A stretch of 64,000 bases of DNA. It comes from an uncultured Acidobacteriota bacterium. GTDB lineage: Bacteria > Acidobacteriota > Vicinamibacteria > Vicinamibacterales > UBA2999. The stretch covers positions 60,301 to 124,300 of the forward strand of contig CAWIWS010000008.1 of the NCBI GenBank assembly GCA_963839865.1, read 5' to 3'. Positions 56,952 to 64,000 of the stretch are shown in pieces (the first letter of the stretch is position 1; each line of letters begins with the position of its first letter). Made by a program: the position numbers and the translations under genes. The notes beneath the pieces were generated by a model that saw only the letters and a program-made list of their open reading frames with translations, ran no database searches and was not told the origin of the DNA.

Positions 56952-58215
56952 AGCGCCTCCTCGCCATCTCGTGGGAGATGCCGCCGCTCTCCGGCCCGCG
57001 CGCGGTGCAGGTGACGCGGACGCTGACGGCGCTCGGCTCGCTCGGGTGGCGCTCGCGCGTTGTCTGTTTCGGCCCGCGCTCGGGGCGCTACCACCAGGAC
57101 TATCGCGTACCGGTGGAGGAAACCTCGAGCGGAATGACGACGCGTCTGCCCGTGCCGTCGCCGGAAGAGTGGTTGTTCTTCCGCGCGTTGTGGCGTGTGT
57201 GCCCTCCGCTGAAGCACCATCCCGACGAGAAGCGCGTGTGGTTGCCGGGCGCGCTGGCGGAGGCCCGGCGTTCCCTGGCCGAGGAGCCGGCCGACGCGAT
57301 CGTCAGCTTTGCCCAGCCGTGGACCGACCACTCGCCGGGTTGTGGCTGCACCGCGAGACCGGCCTGCCCTGGGTCGCCCACTTTTCCGATCCGTGGTTGG
57401 ACAGTCCCTACATGACGACCAACGCGTGGGCGCGGCGGACCGCCGCTGAACACGAACGCGCGGTGATCGCCGAGGCCTCCCGCGTAGTGTTCGTCAATCG
57501 CTACACGCAGGATCGCGTGATGGCCAAGTACCCGGCCGAATGGATGGCGCGAGCGCGCGTGATCCCGCAAGGCTTCGAATCGATGTGGGGTCCGGCTTCA
57601 GCCGGACCGGCGTCGCGTCCGGCTTCAGCCGGACCTCGCGGTCCCCTGCGCCTGGTCTACACCGGCCGCTTCTACGAAGGCATCCGCACCCCGACGACCT
57701 TGCTCGAGGCGCTTGATTCGATCCACCGCGTGCGTCCCCTTGATGGACGGTTGATCGTCGAGTTCGTCGGCGGAGACACGGCGGCGTACGCGCGGCAGGC
57801 GCAGGCACTCGGCCTGGACGCGATCGTGCACTTCTCCGGCCGTGTCGATCCGGCCGCCGCACGCGCGCGAGCCGCCGCCGCGGATGCGCTGCTCATCATC
57901 GATGCGCCGAGCGACGGGCCCAGCCTGTTCCTGCCTAGCAAGCTGGTGGACTACCTCCCGCTGCGCAAGCCGGTCCTGGGCCTGACACCCCGGGAGGGGC
58001 CTTCCGCCGACCTGCTGGGTGCGCTGGGGTATCCCGTGGTCGATCCCCAGGACGTCGCCGGAATCGCCGCGGCGCTCGAACAACTCGTCGACGCGCACGC
58101 GTCGGGCCGACTAGGACCGACGCCGCAGCATGACGAGGTGTCGCACACGTACGACATCCGCGAAACGACCCGCGCGTTTGCGCGCGTCCTGGACGAAGCG
58201 TGCGGCCAGGCATGA
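56948..58215 (+). pseudogene. GT4/GT1-fold glycosyltransferase; single -1 break near 57331; carries an in-frame hairpin-repeat insertion
   Basis: GTG 56948 overlaps the upstream stop. VKRLLAISWEMPPLSGPRAVQ...FAQPWTDH| continues in frame 1 as LAGLWLHRETGLPWVAHFSDPW... LVYTGRFY... Observed cac-tcg versus expected cac-ctc suggests one missing C. Confidence 0.7.
57589..57635. repeat. Pair of perfect palindromic hairpin units, (G)GTCCGGCTTCAGCCGGAC(C), 27 nt apart, inside a coding region
   Basis: 57589-57608 ggtccggcttcagccggacc (9-bp stem). 57617-57634 gtccggcttcagccggac (8-bp stem). Translated in frame as GPASAGPAS-R-PASAGP, just before the LRLVYTG strand of the GT. Same unit as at 24604-24658. 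Confidence 0.85.
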
Positions 58216-59402
58216 ACACCTCCACGCGAAATCGCCCCGGGGTCCTGATGGTGACCGGCGCGTATTTCCCGGAACTGAGCGGCGGCGGCCTCCAGTGCCG
58301 GACGATGATCGAGGCGCTTGGGGAGTGGCTGGACTTCCAGGTTCTGACCACTTGCACCGATCTCGCGCTGCCTGCCGACGACACCGTCGAAGGCACGCCG
58401 GTGACGCGCGTGTTCGTCGACGTCGCCCGCCCGCTGACCAAGGTCGCGGCGGCCTGGAAGACCATCTGGTTCTTCCTCACGCGGAGTGGTTCCTTCGATG
58501 CCGTGCACCTCCACGGCTTCTCCCAGAAGTCGGTCCTCGTGATGCTCCTCGCCCAGCTCCTGGGCAAGGCGACCATCATCACGATTCATACCGCCGGCTC
58601 CGACGAGCCCGAGGGCGTGCGCCGCCTGGGGGGACTCGCGTACTGGTGCTACTCGCGGGCGGATCGGTACCTGGCCATCTCCGACGCGATGGCCGCGAAC
58701 TATCGCCTGGCGGGGTTGCCTGAAGAACGCCTGCGCGTCGTGCCCAACGGCGTGGACGCCGAGCGGTTCCACCCCGCGGCGCCGGGCGAGCGCGAGGTTT
58801 GCTGCCGGCAACTGGGCCTCGATCCCGCGATTCAATGGATCGCTTTCGTCGGGTTCTTCTCGCGCGAGAAGAATCCCGACCTTCTGCTGGATGCGTGGCT
58901 CGAGGTGGTGCCGGCGGAGCGAGAGGGCACAGGTCTCGTGTTCGCGGGCGCCACCGAGTCGAAGTATCACGAGGTCGATCCGACGCTGGCGGAGCGCATC
59001 CGCGAAGAGGCGGGCCGCCGGGGGATCGCGGACCGCGTCCGCTTCCTCGGAGAAGTGGCCGGCGTGGAGCGTGTCTATCGAGCGGCTGACCTGTTGGTGA
59101 TGCCTTCGACGCGCGAAGCATTCGGGATGGTGCTGGTGGAAGCCATGGCCTCCGGGTTGCCCGTCGTCGCCACGCGCATCCCCGGGGTCACGGATGCGAT
59201 CATCGAGGACGGTGTCACCGGCCTGCTGGTGCCGCCGCGCGATAGGTCGGCGCTCACCGCGGCGCTCGAGCGCGTGCTGGCGGACCGCCCGTGGGCCGCG
59301 GGCCTGGGCACGCGGGCGCGGGCTTCCGTGGCGGAGCGGTACGGCCTCGACGTGAGCGCTGAGCGCTGGCGCCAGATCTACGCCCAGGTATTACACTCGT
59401 AG
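58212..59402 (+). CDS. GT4-family (GT-B fold, 'group 1') glycosyltransferase
   Basis: ATG 58212 overlaps the upstream stop (ATGA). Motifs: VLMVTGAYFPELSGGG; VPNGVD..RF; and the E-x7-E region PSTREAFGMVLVEAMASGLPVVAT..PG..D. Confidence 0.85.
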   Translation: MNTSTRNRPGVLMVTGAYFPELSGGGLQCRTMIEALGEWLDFQVLTTCTDLALPADDTVEGTPVTRVFVDVARPLTKVAAAWKTIWFFLTRSGSFDAVHLHGFSQKSVLVMLLAQLLGKATIITIHTAGSDEPEGVRRLGGLAYWCYSRADRYLAISDAMAANYRLAGLPEERLRVVPNGVDAERFHPAAPGEREVCCRQLGLDPAIQWIAFVGFFSREKNPDLLLDAWLEVVPAEREGTGLVFAGATESKYHEVDPTLAERIREEAGRRGIADRVRFLGEVAGVERVYRAADLLVMPSTREAFGMVLVEAMASGLPVVATRIPGVTDAIIEDGVTGLLVPPRDRSALTAALERVLADRPWAAGLGTRARASVAERYGLDVSAERWRQIYAQVLHS

Positions 59403-59409
59403 GGCCTGC

Positions 59410-61251
59410 ATGGACCGCCGCCCCGACATCCTCTGTATCTCCTCGATCGACTGGGATTTCATCTGGCAGGGCCACCAGGAGATCATGTCCCGGCTGGCGG
59501 CCGACGGGCACCGCGTCCTCTTCATCGAGAACACCGGCGTGCGTCGTCCGTCGGTGCGCGACATCTCGCGGGTTCGCAAGCGTGCGATGAACTGGTGGCG
59601 CGGCACCAAGGGCTTCCGGCAGGAGCGGCCCAACCTGTTCGTGCATTCGCCGATCGTGCTGCCGCTGCCGTACTCGCGCATCGCGCGCTGGGTGAACCGG
59701 CAGATCATGCTGCGCAGCCTGACGCGGTGGATGAAGGCGACGGGATTCTCGCGGCCGATCGTCTGGACGTTCCTTCCGACGCCGCTGGCCCGCGACGTGA
59801 TCGACAACGTCGATTCGTCGCTGACGATCTACTACTGCATCGACGACCTCGCGTCGAGCTCGCCCGAAGCGCGCCGGATCACGGCGAGCGAGGACCGGTT
59901 GTTCCGCGAGGCGGATCTCGTCTTCGTCACCTCGGAGAAGCTTCGCCAGCGCGCCGCGCAGTTCAGCGACCGCGTCCACCTGTTTCCGTTCGGGGTGAGC
60001 CTCGAGGCGTTCGACCGGGTGCGCGAGTCGGGTGCGGGCGTACCCGACGATCTCAAGTCGCTGCCGCGGCCCGTGGCGGGCTACGTGGGCGGCCTGCACC
60101 AGTGGGTCGATCAGGACCTGCTGGCGGCCACCGCCGAGCGGCTCCCGCACGTGACGTTCGCCCTGGTCGGGCCGCGCCAGGTTGACGTCTCGACGCTCGA
60201 GCGCGTGCCGAATATTCACCTGCTCGGCCAGCGGCCCCACGCGGAGCTGCCACGCTACGTGCAGGGCTTCGACGTGGGTCTCGTGCCGTACCGAATCACC
60301 GAATACACGGCCAACGTCTATCCGACCAAGCTGAACGAGTACCTGGTGATGGGCGTACCCGTCGTCGCCACGGACCTCGCGGAGATTCGCCGCTTCAATC
60401 GCGAGCACGGGGACCTCGTCCAGATCGCGAGCGAGGCCGACGGGTTTGCGAAGGCGGTCGCCGGCGCGATCGCGGAGCCGCGCGAGGAGGAACAACCGCG
60501 CCGCATCGCGGTGGCCCGGTCCAACGGATGGGACCGCCGCATCCAGGCGATGTGGGCGCTGATCGACGAGGCGGTGACGCGTCGCGATGCCGGCGGCAAG
60601 GGGTGGGAAGAGCGGCTGCGGCGGATGTACAACGCCGCCCGCCGGCGCACGGCCGAGGGCCTCGTCGCCGTTGTGGTGGCCTACCTGTTGGTCTTCCAGA
60701 CGCCGCTTCTCTGGTGGGTCGCCGAGCCTCTGCGGGTCTCGGCCACACCCGTGCCGGCCGACGCGATCGTGGTCTTCGCGGGTGGCGTGGGGGAGTCGGG
60801 CAAAGCCGGCGGCGGCCACCTCGAGCGCCTCAAGCAGGCGGTCGACCTCTACAAGGCCGGTTACGCGCCGTCGCTCGTGTTTTCCTCCGGCTACGTGTTC
60901 AGCTTCAAGGAGGCGGAAGTGATGCGCGCGCTCGCGGTCGATCAAGGCGTGCCGCCCGACCGCATCGTGCTCGAAGAGGAAGCGACCAACACCCACGAGA
61001 ACGTCGTCTTTACCCACCGTATCGCGCAAGAGCGGCACTGGCGCCGCATCCTGCTGGTGAGCTCGCCGTACCACATGCGCCGGGCGACGATGGTGTGGCA
61101 CAAGATCGCGCCGGAGGTCACGGTGGTGCCCACCCCGCCTTACAGCAGCCAGTTCTACGAACACGCGATGGGCGCCAGTCTGGAACAGGTTCGCGGCATC
61201 ATCTGGGAGTACGCGGCCGTGGTCTCCTACTGGTGGCACGGCTGGCTGTGA
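59410..61251 (+). CDS. Fusion of GT-B glycosyltransferase-like domain and C-terminal DUF218 (YdcF/ElyC/SanA-like) domain
   Basis: 613 aa. N-part: ILCISSIDWDFIWQGHQEIMSRLA..GHRVLFIEN, YVGGLHQWVDQDLL, PTKLNEYL.MG.PVVAT. A TM segment follows (LVAVVVAYLLVFQTPLLWWV). Then ADAIVVFAGG...R...A..LYK.GYAP.LVFSG, EATNTHEN and LVSSPYHMRRA, which are DUF218 signatures. Confidence 0.75.
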   Translation: MDRRPDILCISSIDWDFIWQGHQEIMSRLAADGHRVLFIENTGVRRPSVRDISRVRKRAMNWWRGTKGFRQERPNLFVHSPIVLPLPYSRIARWVNRQIMLRSLTRWMKATGFSRPIVWTFLPTPLARDVIDNVDSSLTIYYCIDDLASSSPEARRITASEDRLFREADLVFVTSEKLRQRAAQFSDRVHLFPFGVSLEAFDRVRESGAGVPDDLKSLPRPVAGYVGGLHQWVDQDLLAATAERLPHVTFALVGPRQVDVSTLERVPNIHLLGQRPHAELPRYVQGFDVGLVPYRITEYTANVYPTKLNEYLVMGVPVVATDLAEIRRFNREHGDLVQIASEADGFAKAVAGAIAEPREEEQPRRIAVARSNGWDRRIQAMWALIDEAVTRRDAGGKGWEERLRRMYNAARRRTAEGLVAVVVAYLLVFQTPLLWWVAEPLRVSATPVPADAIVVFAGGVGESGKAGGGHLERLKQAVDLYKAGYAPSLVFSSGYVFSFKEAEVMRALAVDQGVPPDRIVLEEEATNTHENVVFTHRIAQERHWRRILLVSSPYHMRRATMVWHKIAPEVTVVPTPPYSSQFYEHAMGASLEQVRGIIWEYAAVVSYWWHGWL

Positions 61252-62399
61252 CCCGCCCCGGCCTGCGGCGGTTCGTCCTCCTCAGCATTCCCGCGGTCGT
61301 GATCAGCACGCTCGTCGTGGCGGTGCTGATCGAGGCGTGGGTGCGCCTGTCCTGGGATCAGAAGAAGGGCACGCCGGGCTTCTTCGTCTCCGACCCGGTC
61401 CGCGGCCAGCGCCTCAGCGAGAATTACGACGGGTGGTTCGCCGGCGTGCCGGTGCACACCAACAGCCTGGGCTTCCGCGCGGAGCGCGACTACGACCTCC
61501 GCAAGGGCCCGAAGACGTTTCGCATCCTCGTCCTCGGCGATTCGGTGACTTTCGGGCACGGCGCCGTCCACGACTACCCGTCGCTGCTCGAGCCTATGCT
61601 GAAGCGGTGGCGTCCCGACGTGGACTGGCAGGTGTGGAACCTCGGCGTGCCGGGCTACAACACGAGCCAGGAGCTCGCCCACCTGCGGCAGGTGGGGCCG
61701 TCGTACCAACCCGACCTCGTGATCGTGGGTTTCTTCCTCAACGACATCATCGGCAACCAGGCCGTGGCCGAGCCCGGCGCGGCGCGCATCGCGGCGAGCC
61801 GCGCGCTCGCGTTCCTGCAGCGGCACTGGTATTCGACCGAGTTCTACAAGCGCGTGGCGCTGACGCTGGCGTGGCGCTTGTCGGGGAGCGAAGCGACGAA
61901 GCTCCGCTTCGAGAACCTCGAGAGCGAGGAGCGGATGCAGGCGGACCCGGACTCGCTCGCCGAGTCCGCGCGCCAGCAGATCACGCCGTTCACCCGCTTC
62001 ACCGACGAGGAGGTGGCGGCCCGGCCCTGCACCGAGGGCATGAAGCCGAGCGCGAAGGACCTGGCGGAGATGGAAGCGAGGCCCGACTGGCCGCCGTTCG
62101 TGGACGCCGTCCGCGGCTTCCAGGACCTCAATCGCCGCGGTGCCTACAAGATTGTGTTCTTCCTCAACGTGATTCCGCCGGTGTGCCCGGACGGAGACTT
62201 CTTCTACGACGCGAAGTCCATCGAGCACGAGGCGTTCGTGAAGTTGTTCTCCGACGGCACGCCGGTCGTGAGCGCGTATCCGGCGTTCCTGCACGTGAAG
62301 CCTTCCGAGATGCCGCTGGCCGAGGCCCATGCCATCGGCAACGCGAACCAACTGAAGGCCGAAGTGCTGTTTGATTTCCTGAAGCAGACGCTTCCGTAG
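61248..62399 (+). CDS. Membrane-anchored SGNH/GDSL-family hydrolase or acyl-esterase
   Basis: GTG 61248 overlaps the upstream stop. N-terminal TM (FVLLSIPAVVISTLVVAVLI). Block I ILVLGDSVTFG, block II NLGVPGYNT, block III VIVGFFLNDI. Confidence 0.75.
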   Translation: MTRPGLRRFVLLSIPAVVISTLVVAVLIEAWVRLSWDQKKGTPGFFVSDPVRGQRLSENYDGWFAGVPVHTNSLGFRAERDYDLRKGPKTFRILVLGDSVTFGHGAVHDYPSLLEPMLKRWRPDVDWQVWNLGVPGYNTSQELAHLRQVGPSYQPDLVIVGFFLNDIIGNQAVAEPGAARIAASRALAFLQRHWYSTEFYKRVALTLAWRLSGSEATKLRFENLESEERMQADPDSLAESARQQITPFTRFTDEEVAARPCTEGMKPSAKDLAEMEARPDWPPFVDAVRGFQDLNRRGAYKIVFFLNVIPPVCPDGDFFYDAKSIEHEAFVKLFSDGTPVVSAYPAFLHVKPSEMPLAEAHAIGNANQLKAEVLFDFLKQTLP

Positions 62400-62413
62400 G
62401 CCCCGGCGACCCC

Positions 62414-64000
62414 ATGTGCGGCATCTGCGGTGAAATGAGATTCGACGGCGCTCCGGTGGACCCGGCGGCGCTCGAGGCGATGCGCGACCGCATCGCGCAC
62501 CGCGGCCCTGACCACGCGGATCGCTACATCGCGCCCGATCGGGAAACGGGCCTCGGGTTCCGGAGGTTGCAAATCATCGATCTCAGCGCCCCGGCCAACC
62601 AGCCGATGCCGAACGAGGACGGCTCGGTTCGCGTGGTCTTCAACGGCGAGATCTACAACTACCTCGACCTGCGCGCCGGCCTCGTCGCGCGCGGCCACAC
62701 GTTCCGTTCCCGCTCCGACACCGAGACCATCGTCCACTTGTACGAAGAGCGCGGCGCCGACTGCATCGCGGAACTCGACGGCATGTTCGCCGTGGCGATC
62801 TGGGACGAGCGACGGGGCCGCCTGGTGCTCGCGCGCGATCGTTCCGGCAAGAAGCCGCTCTTCTATCACCACGATCGGCGGCGCATCCTGTTCGGGTCGG
62901 AGATGAAGACCTTCTTCGGGCACCCGGATTTCACGGGCGAGATCGATCGCGACGCCGTCGCTCCATACTTCCTCTACGGGTACGTGCCCGGGCCGAACAC
63001 CTGGTATCGCGGTGTCCAGCAGGTCGAGCCGGGAAGCCTCGTCACGATCGATCGCGGCGGGGCGCTCACGTCGCGCCACTACTGGTCGCTGACGTATCCG
63101 CCGGCCGCCGAGGTCATGGCCGCGGCGCCGGACCGCGCCACGGCCACCGCCCGCGTGCGAGAACTGGTCACCGCCGCGGTGAAGCGGCGGCTGATGAGCG
63201 ACGTGCCGCTCGGCGCGTTCCTGAGCGGCGGCATCGACTCGACGGTGGTGGTGGGGGTCATGCGGCGGCTGGGCGTCGCGCCGCTCAAGACCTTCAGCAT
63301 CGGTTTCGAGGGCGACGAGGCCTACGACGAGACGCCGTTCGCGCGCCGCATCGCCGACGGGTTCGGGACCGAGCACACCGAGTTCCGCGTGCGGCCGTCG
63401 GCGCTCGACCTGCTCGACACGCTGATCTGGCATCACGACGGCGCCTTCGGCGATTCGTCCGCGATTCCCACCTACATGGTCGCGAAGCTCACGCGGGCCC
63501 ACGTGACCGTGGCCCTCACGGGCGACGGCGGCGATGAGGTGTTTGCGGGCTACATGCGGTTCCGCGCCGCGATCGCGGCGGACCGGTTGCCGCGCGTGCT
63601 GAGCGGACCGCTGGGCGCGCTCCTGTCGCGCCTGCCGGGTGGGCACAATGAGCGCCACTGGCGATCGCGCGCGGCGCGGTTCGGCCGCGCGCTCGGGATG
63701 CCGCTCCACGAGCGCGTCACGCGGTGGAACAGCTACTTCAACGACGACCTCGAGGCGCTCGTCGGCGAGCCGCCGAACACGATGAATCGGCTGCAGCACC
63801 TGCGGGGCGTGATGGACCGCATGCCGGGCCTGTCGCCGCTCAACGAGCTGCTGCTCGCCAACTTCTCGTCGTACCTGCCGGATGACCTGCTGGCCAAGGT
63901 CGATCGCTGCACGATGGCCAACTCGCTCGAGTCACGCTCGCCGTTCCTCGATCGCGATCTGATGGAATACGTCGCGACCTTGCCCGATTCCTACAAGCTC
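62414..64000 (+). CDS. asnB: Asparagine synthase (glutamine-hydrolysing) family amidotransferase, copy 3 (3'-truncated by window edge, no frame breaks)
   Basis: Not in the ORF track because no stop is reached. Translated by hand from ATG 62414: MCGICGEMRFDG, HRGPD, FNGEIYNYLDLR, SDTE, GKKPLFY, PP-loop FLSGGIDST, LTGDGGDEVFAGY, SLESRSPFLD. The frame is open to nt 64000. Confidence 0.85.
   Translation, partial: MCGICGEMRFDGAPVDPAALEAMRDRIAHRGPDHADRYIAPDRETGLGFRRLQIIDLSAPANQPMPNEDGSVRVVFNGEIYNYLDLRAGLVARGHTFRSRSDTETIVHLYEERGADCIAELDGMFAVAIWDERRGRLVLARDRSGKKPLFYHHDRRRILFGSEMKTFFGHPDFTGEIDRDAVAPYFLYGYVPGPNTWYRGVQQVEPGSLVTIDRGGALTSRHYWSLTYPPAAEVMAAAPDRATATARVRELVTAAVKRRLMSDVPLGAFLSGGIDSTVVVGVMRRLGVAPLKTFSIGFEGDEAYDETPFARRIADGFGTEHTEFRVRPSALDLLDTLIWHHDGAFGDSSAIPTYMVAKLTRAHVTVALTGDGGDEVFAGYMRFRAAIAADRLPRVLSGPLGALLSRLPGGHNERHWRSRAARFGRALGMPLHERVTRWNSYFNDDLEALVGEPPNTMNRLQHLRGVMDRMPGLSPLNELLLANFSSYLPDDLLAKVDRCTMANSLESRSPFLDRDLMEYVATLPDSYKL

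Noticed and set aside
1-64000. Searched by eye for tRNA, rRNA, tmRNA, riboswitch-like leaders, toxin-antitoxin pairs, and defence-system hallmarks (nucleases, helicases, ATPases, methylase/restriction pairs)
   Set aside because: None was recognised. Every substantial + strand ORF is accounted for by glycan-biosynthesis or membrane proteins. The methyltransferases are small-molecule class I types (no DNA-MTase motifs such as DPPY or PCQ).

Overview
High-GC bacterial chromosomal segment (by eye, about two-thirds G+C). It is essentially one very large cell-surface glycan (EPS, O-antigen or capsule type) biosynthesis and modification cluster of about 44 genes. All genes are on the + strand except one (27796-29319). 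At least 16 gene junctions have overlapping stop/start codons, which implies long translationally coupled operons. I found no rRNA, tRNA, CRISPR array, transposase or integrase.

Contents:
- A dTDP-4-amino-4,6-dideoxyhexose toolkit: RmlB, a WecE-like and a DegT-like aminotransferase, a GNAT, an N-formyltransferase, two WbqC-like proteins, an AAC(3)-like acetyltransferase, an M20 deacylase-like protein and a radical SAM/SPASM enzyme.
- WecB.
- Three AsnB-like amidotransferases.
- Three GT2 and five GT4-type glycosyltransferases. Two GT4s are fused to a SAM-methyltransferase and one to a DUF218/YdcF domain.
- Three stand-alone methyltransferases.
- An MBOAT plus SGNH O-acylation module and a further SGNH protein.
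- Two cytoplasmic heparinase II/III-like proteins.
- A bi-domain (MDR-ADH + Gfo/Idh/MocA) oxidoreductase.
- An orphan ABC-2 permease.
- Several large polytopic membrane proteins.

Most notable points:
1. A five-copy paralogous family of ~670-860 aa membrane proteins. I cannot assign it to a named family. Copies sit downstream of polyprenol-phosphate-type GT2 genes, so I treat them as candidate GT-C-like periplasmic glycosyltransferases.
2. A ~110-aa module shared between three of these proteins and an insertion in the bi-domain oxidoreductase.
3. About 43 reading-frame breaks, about 39 of them +1 (insertion-like). Roughly half are concentrated in 38.8-43.7 kb, while 19-36.7 kb and 58.2-64 kb are clean. 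This looks more like an assembly or sequencing artefact than decay, but it must be checked.
4. A paired 18-20 nt perfect-hairpin element present at two loci, once in frame inside a GT gene.
5. A 7-bp x5 tandem repeat in a rare intergenic gap.

All functional calls come from motif and family recognition by eye. No searches were run.
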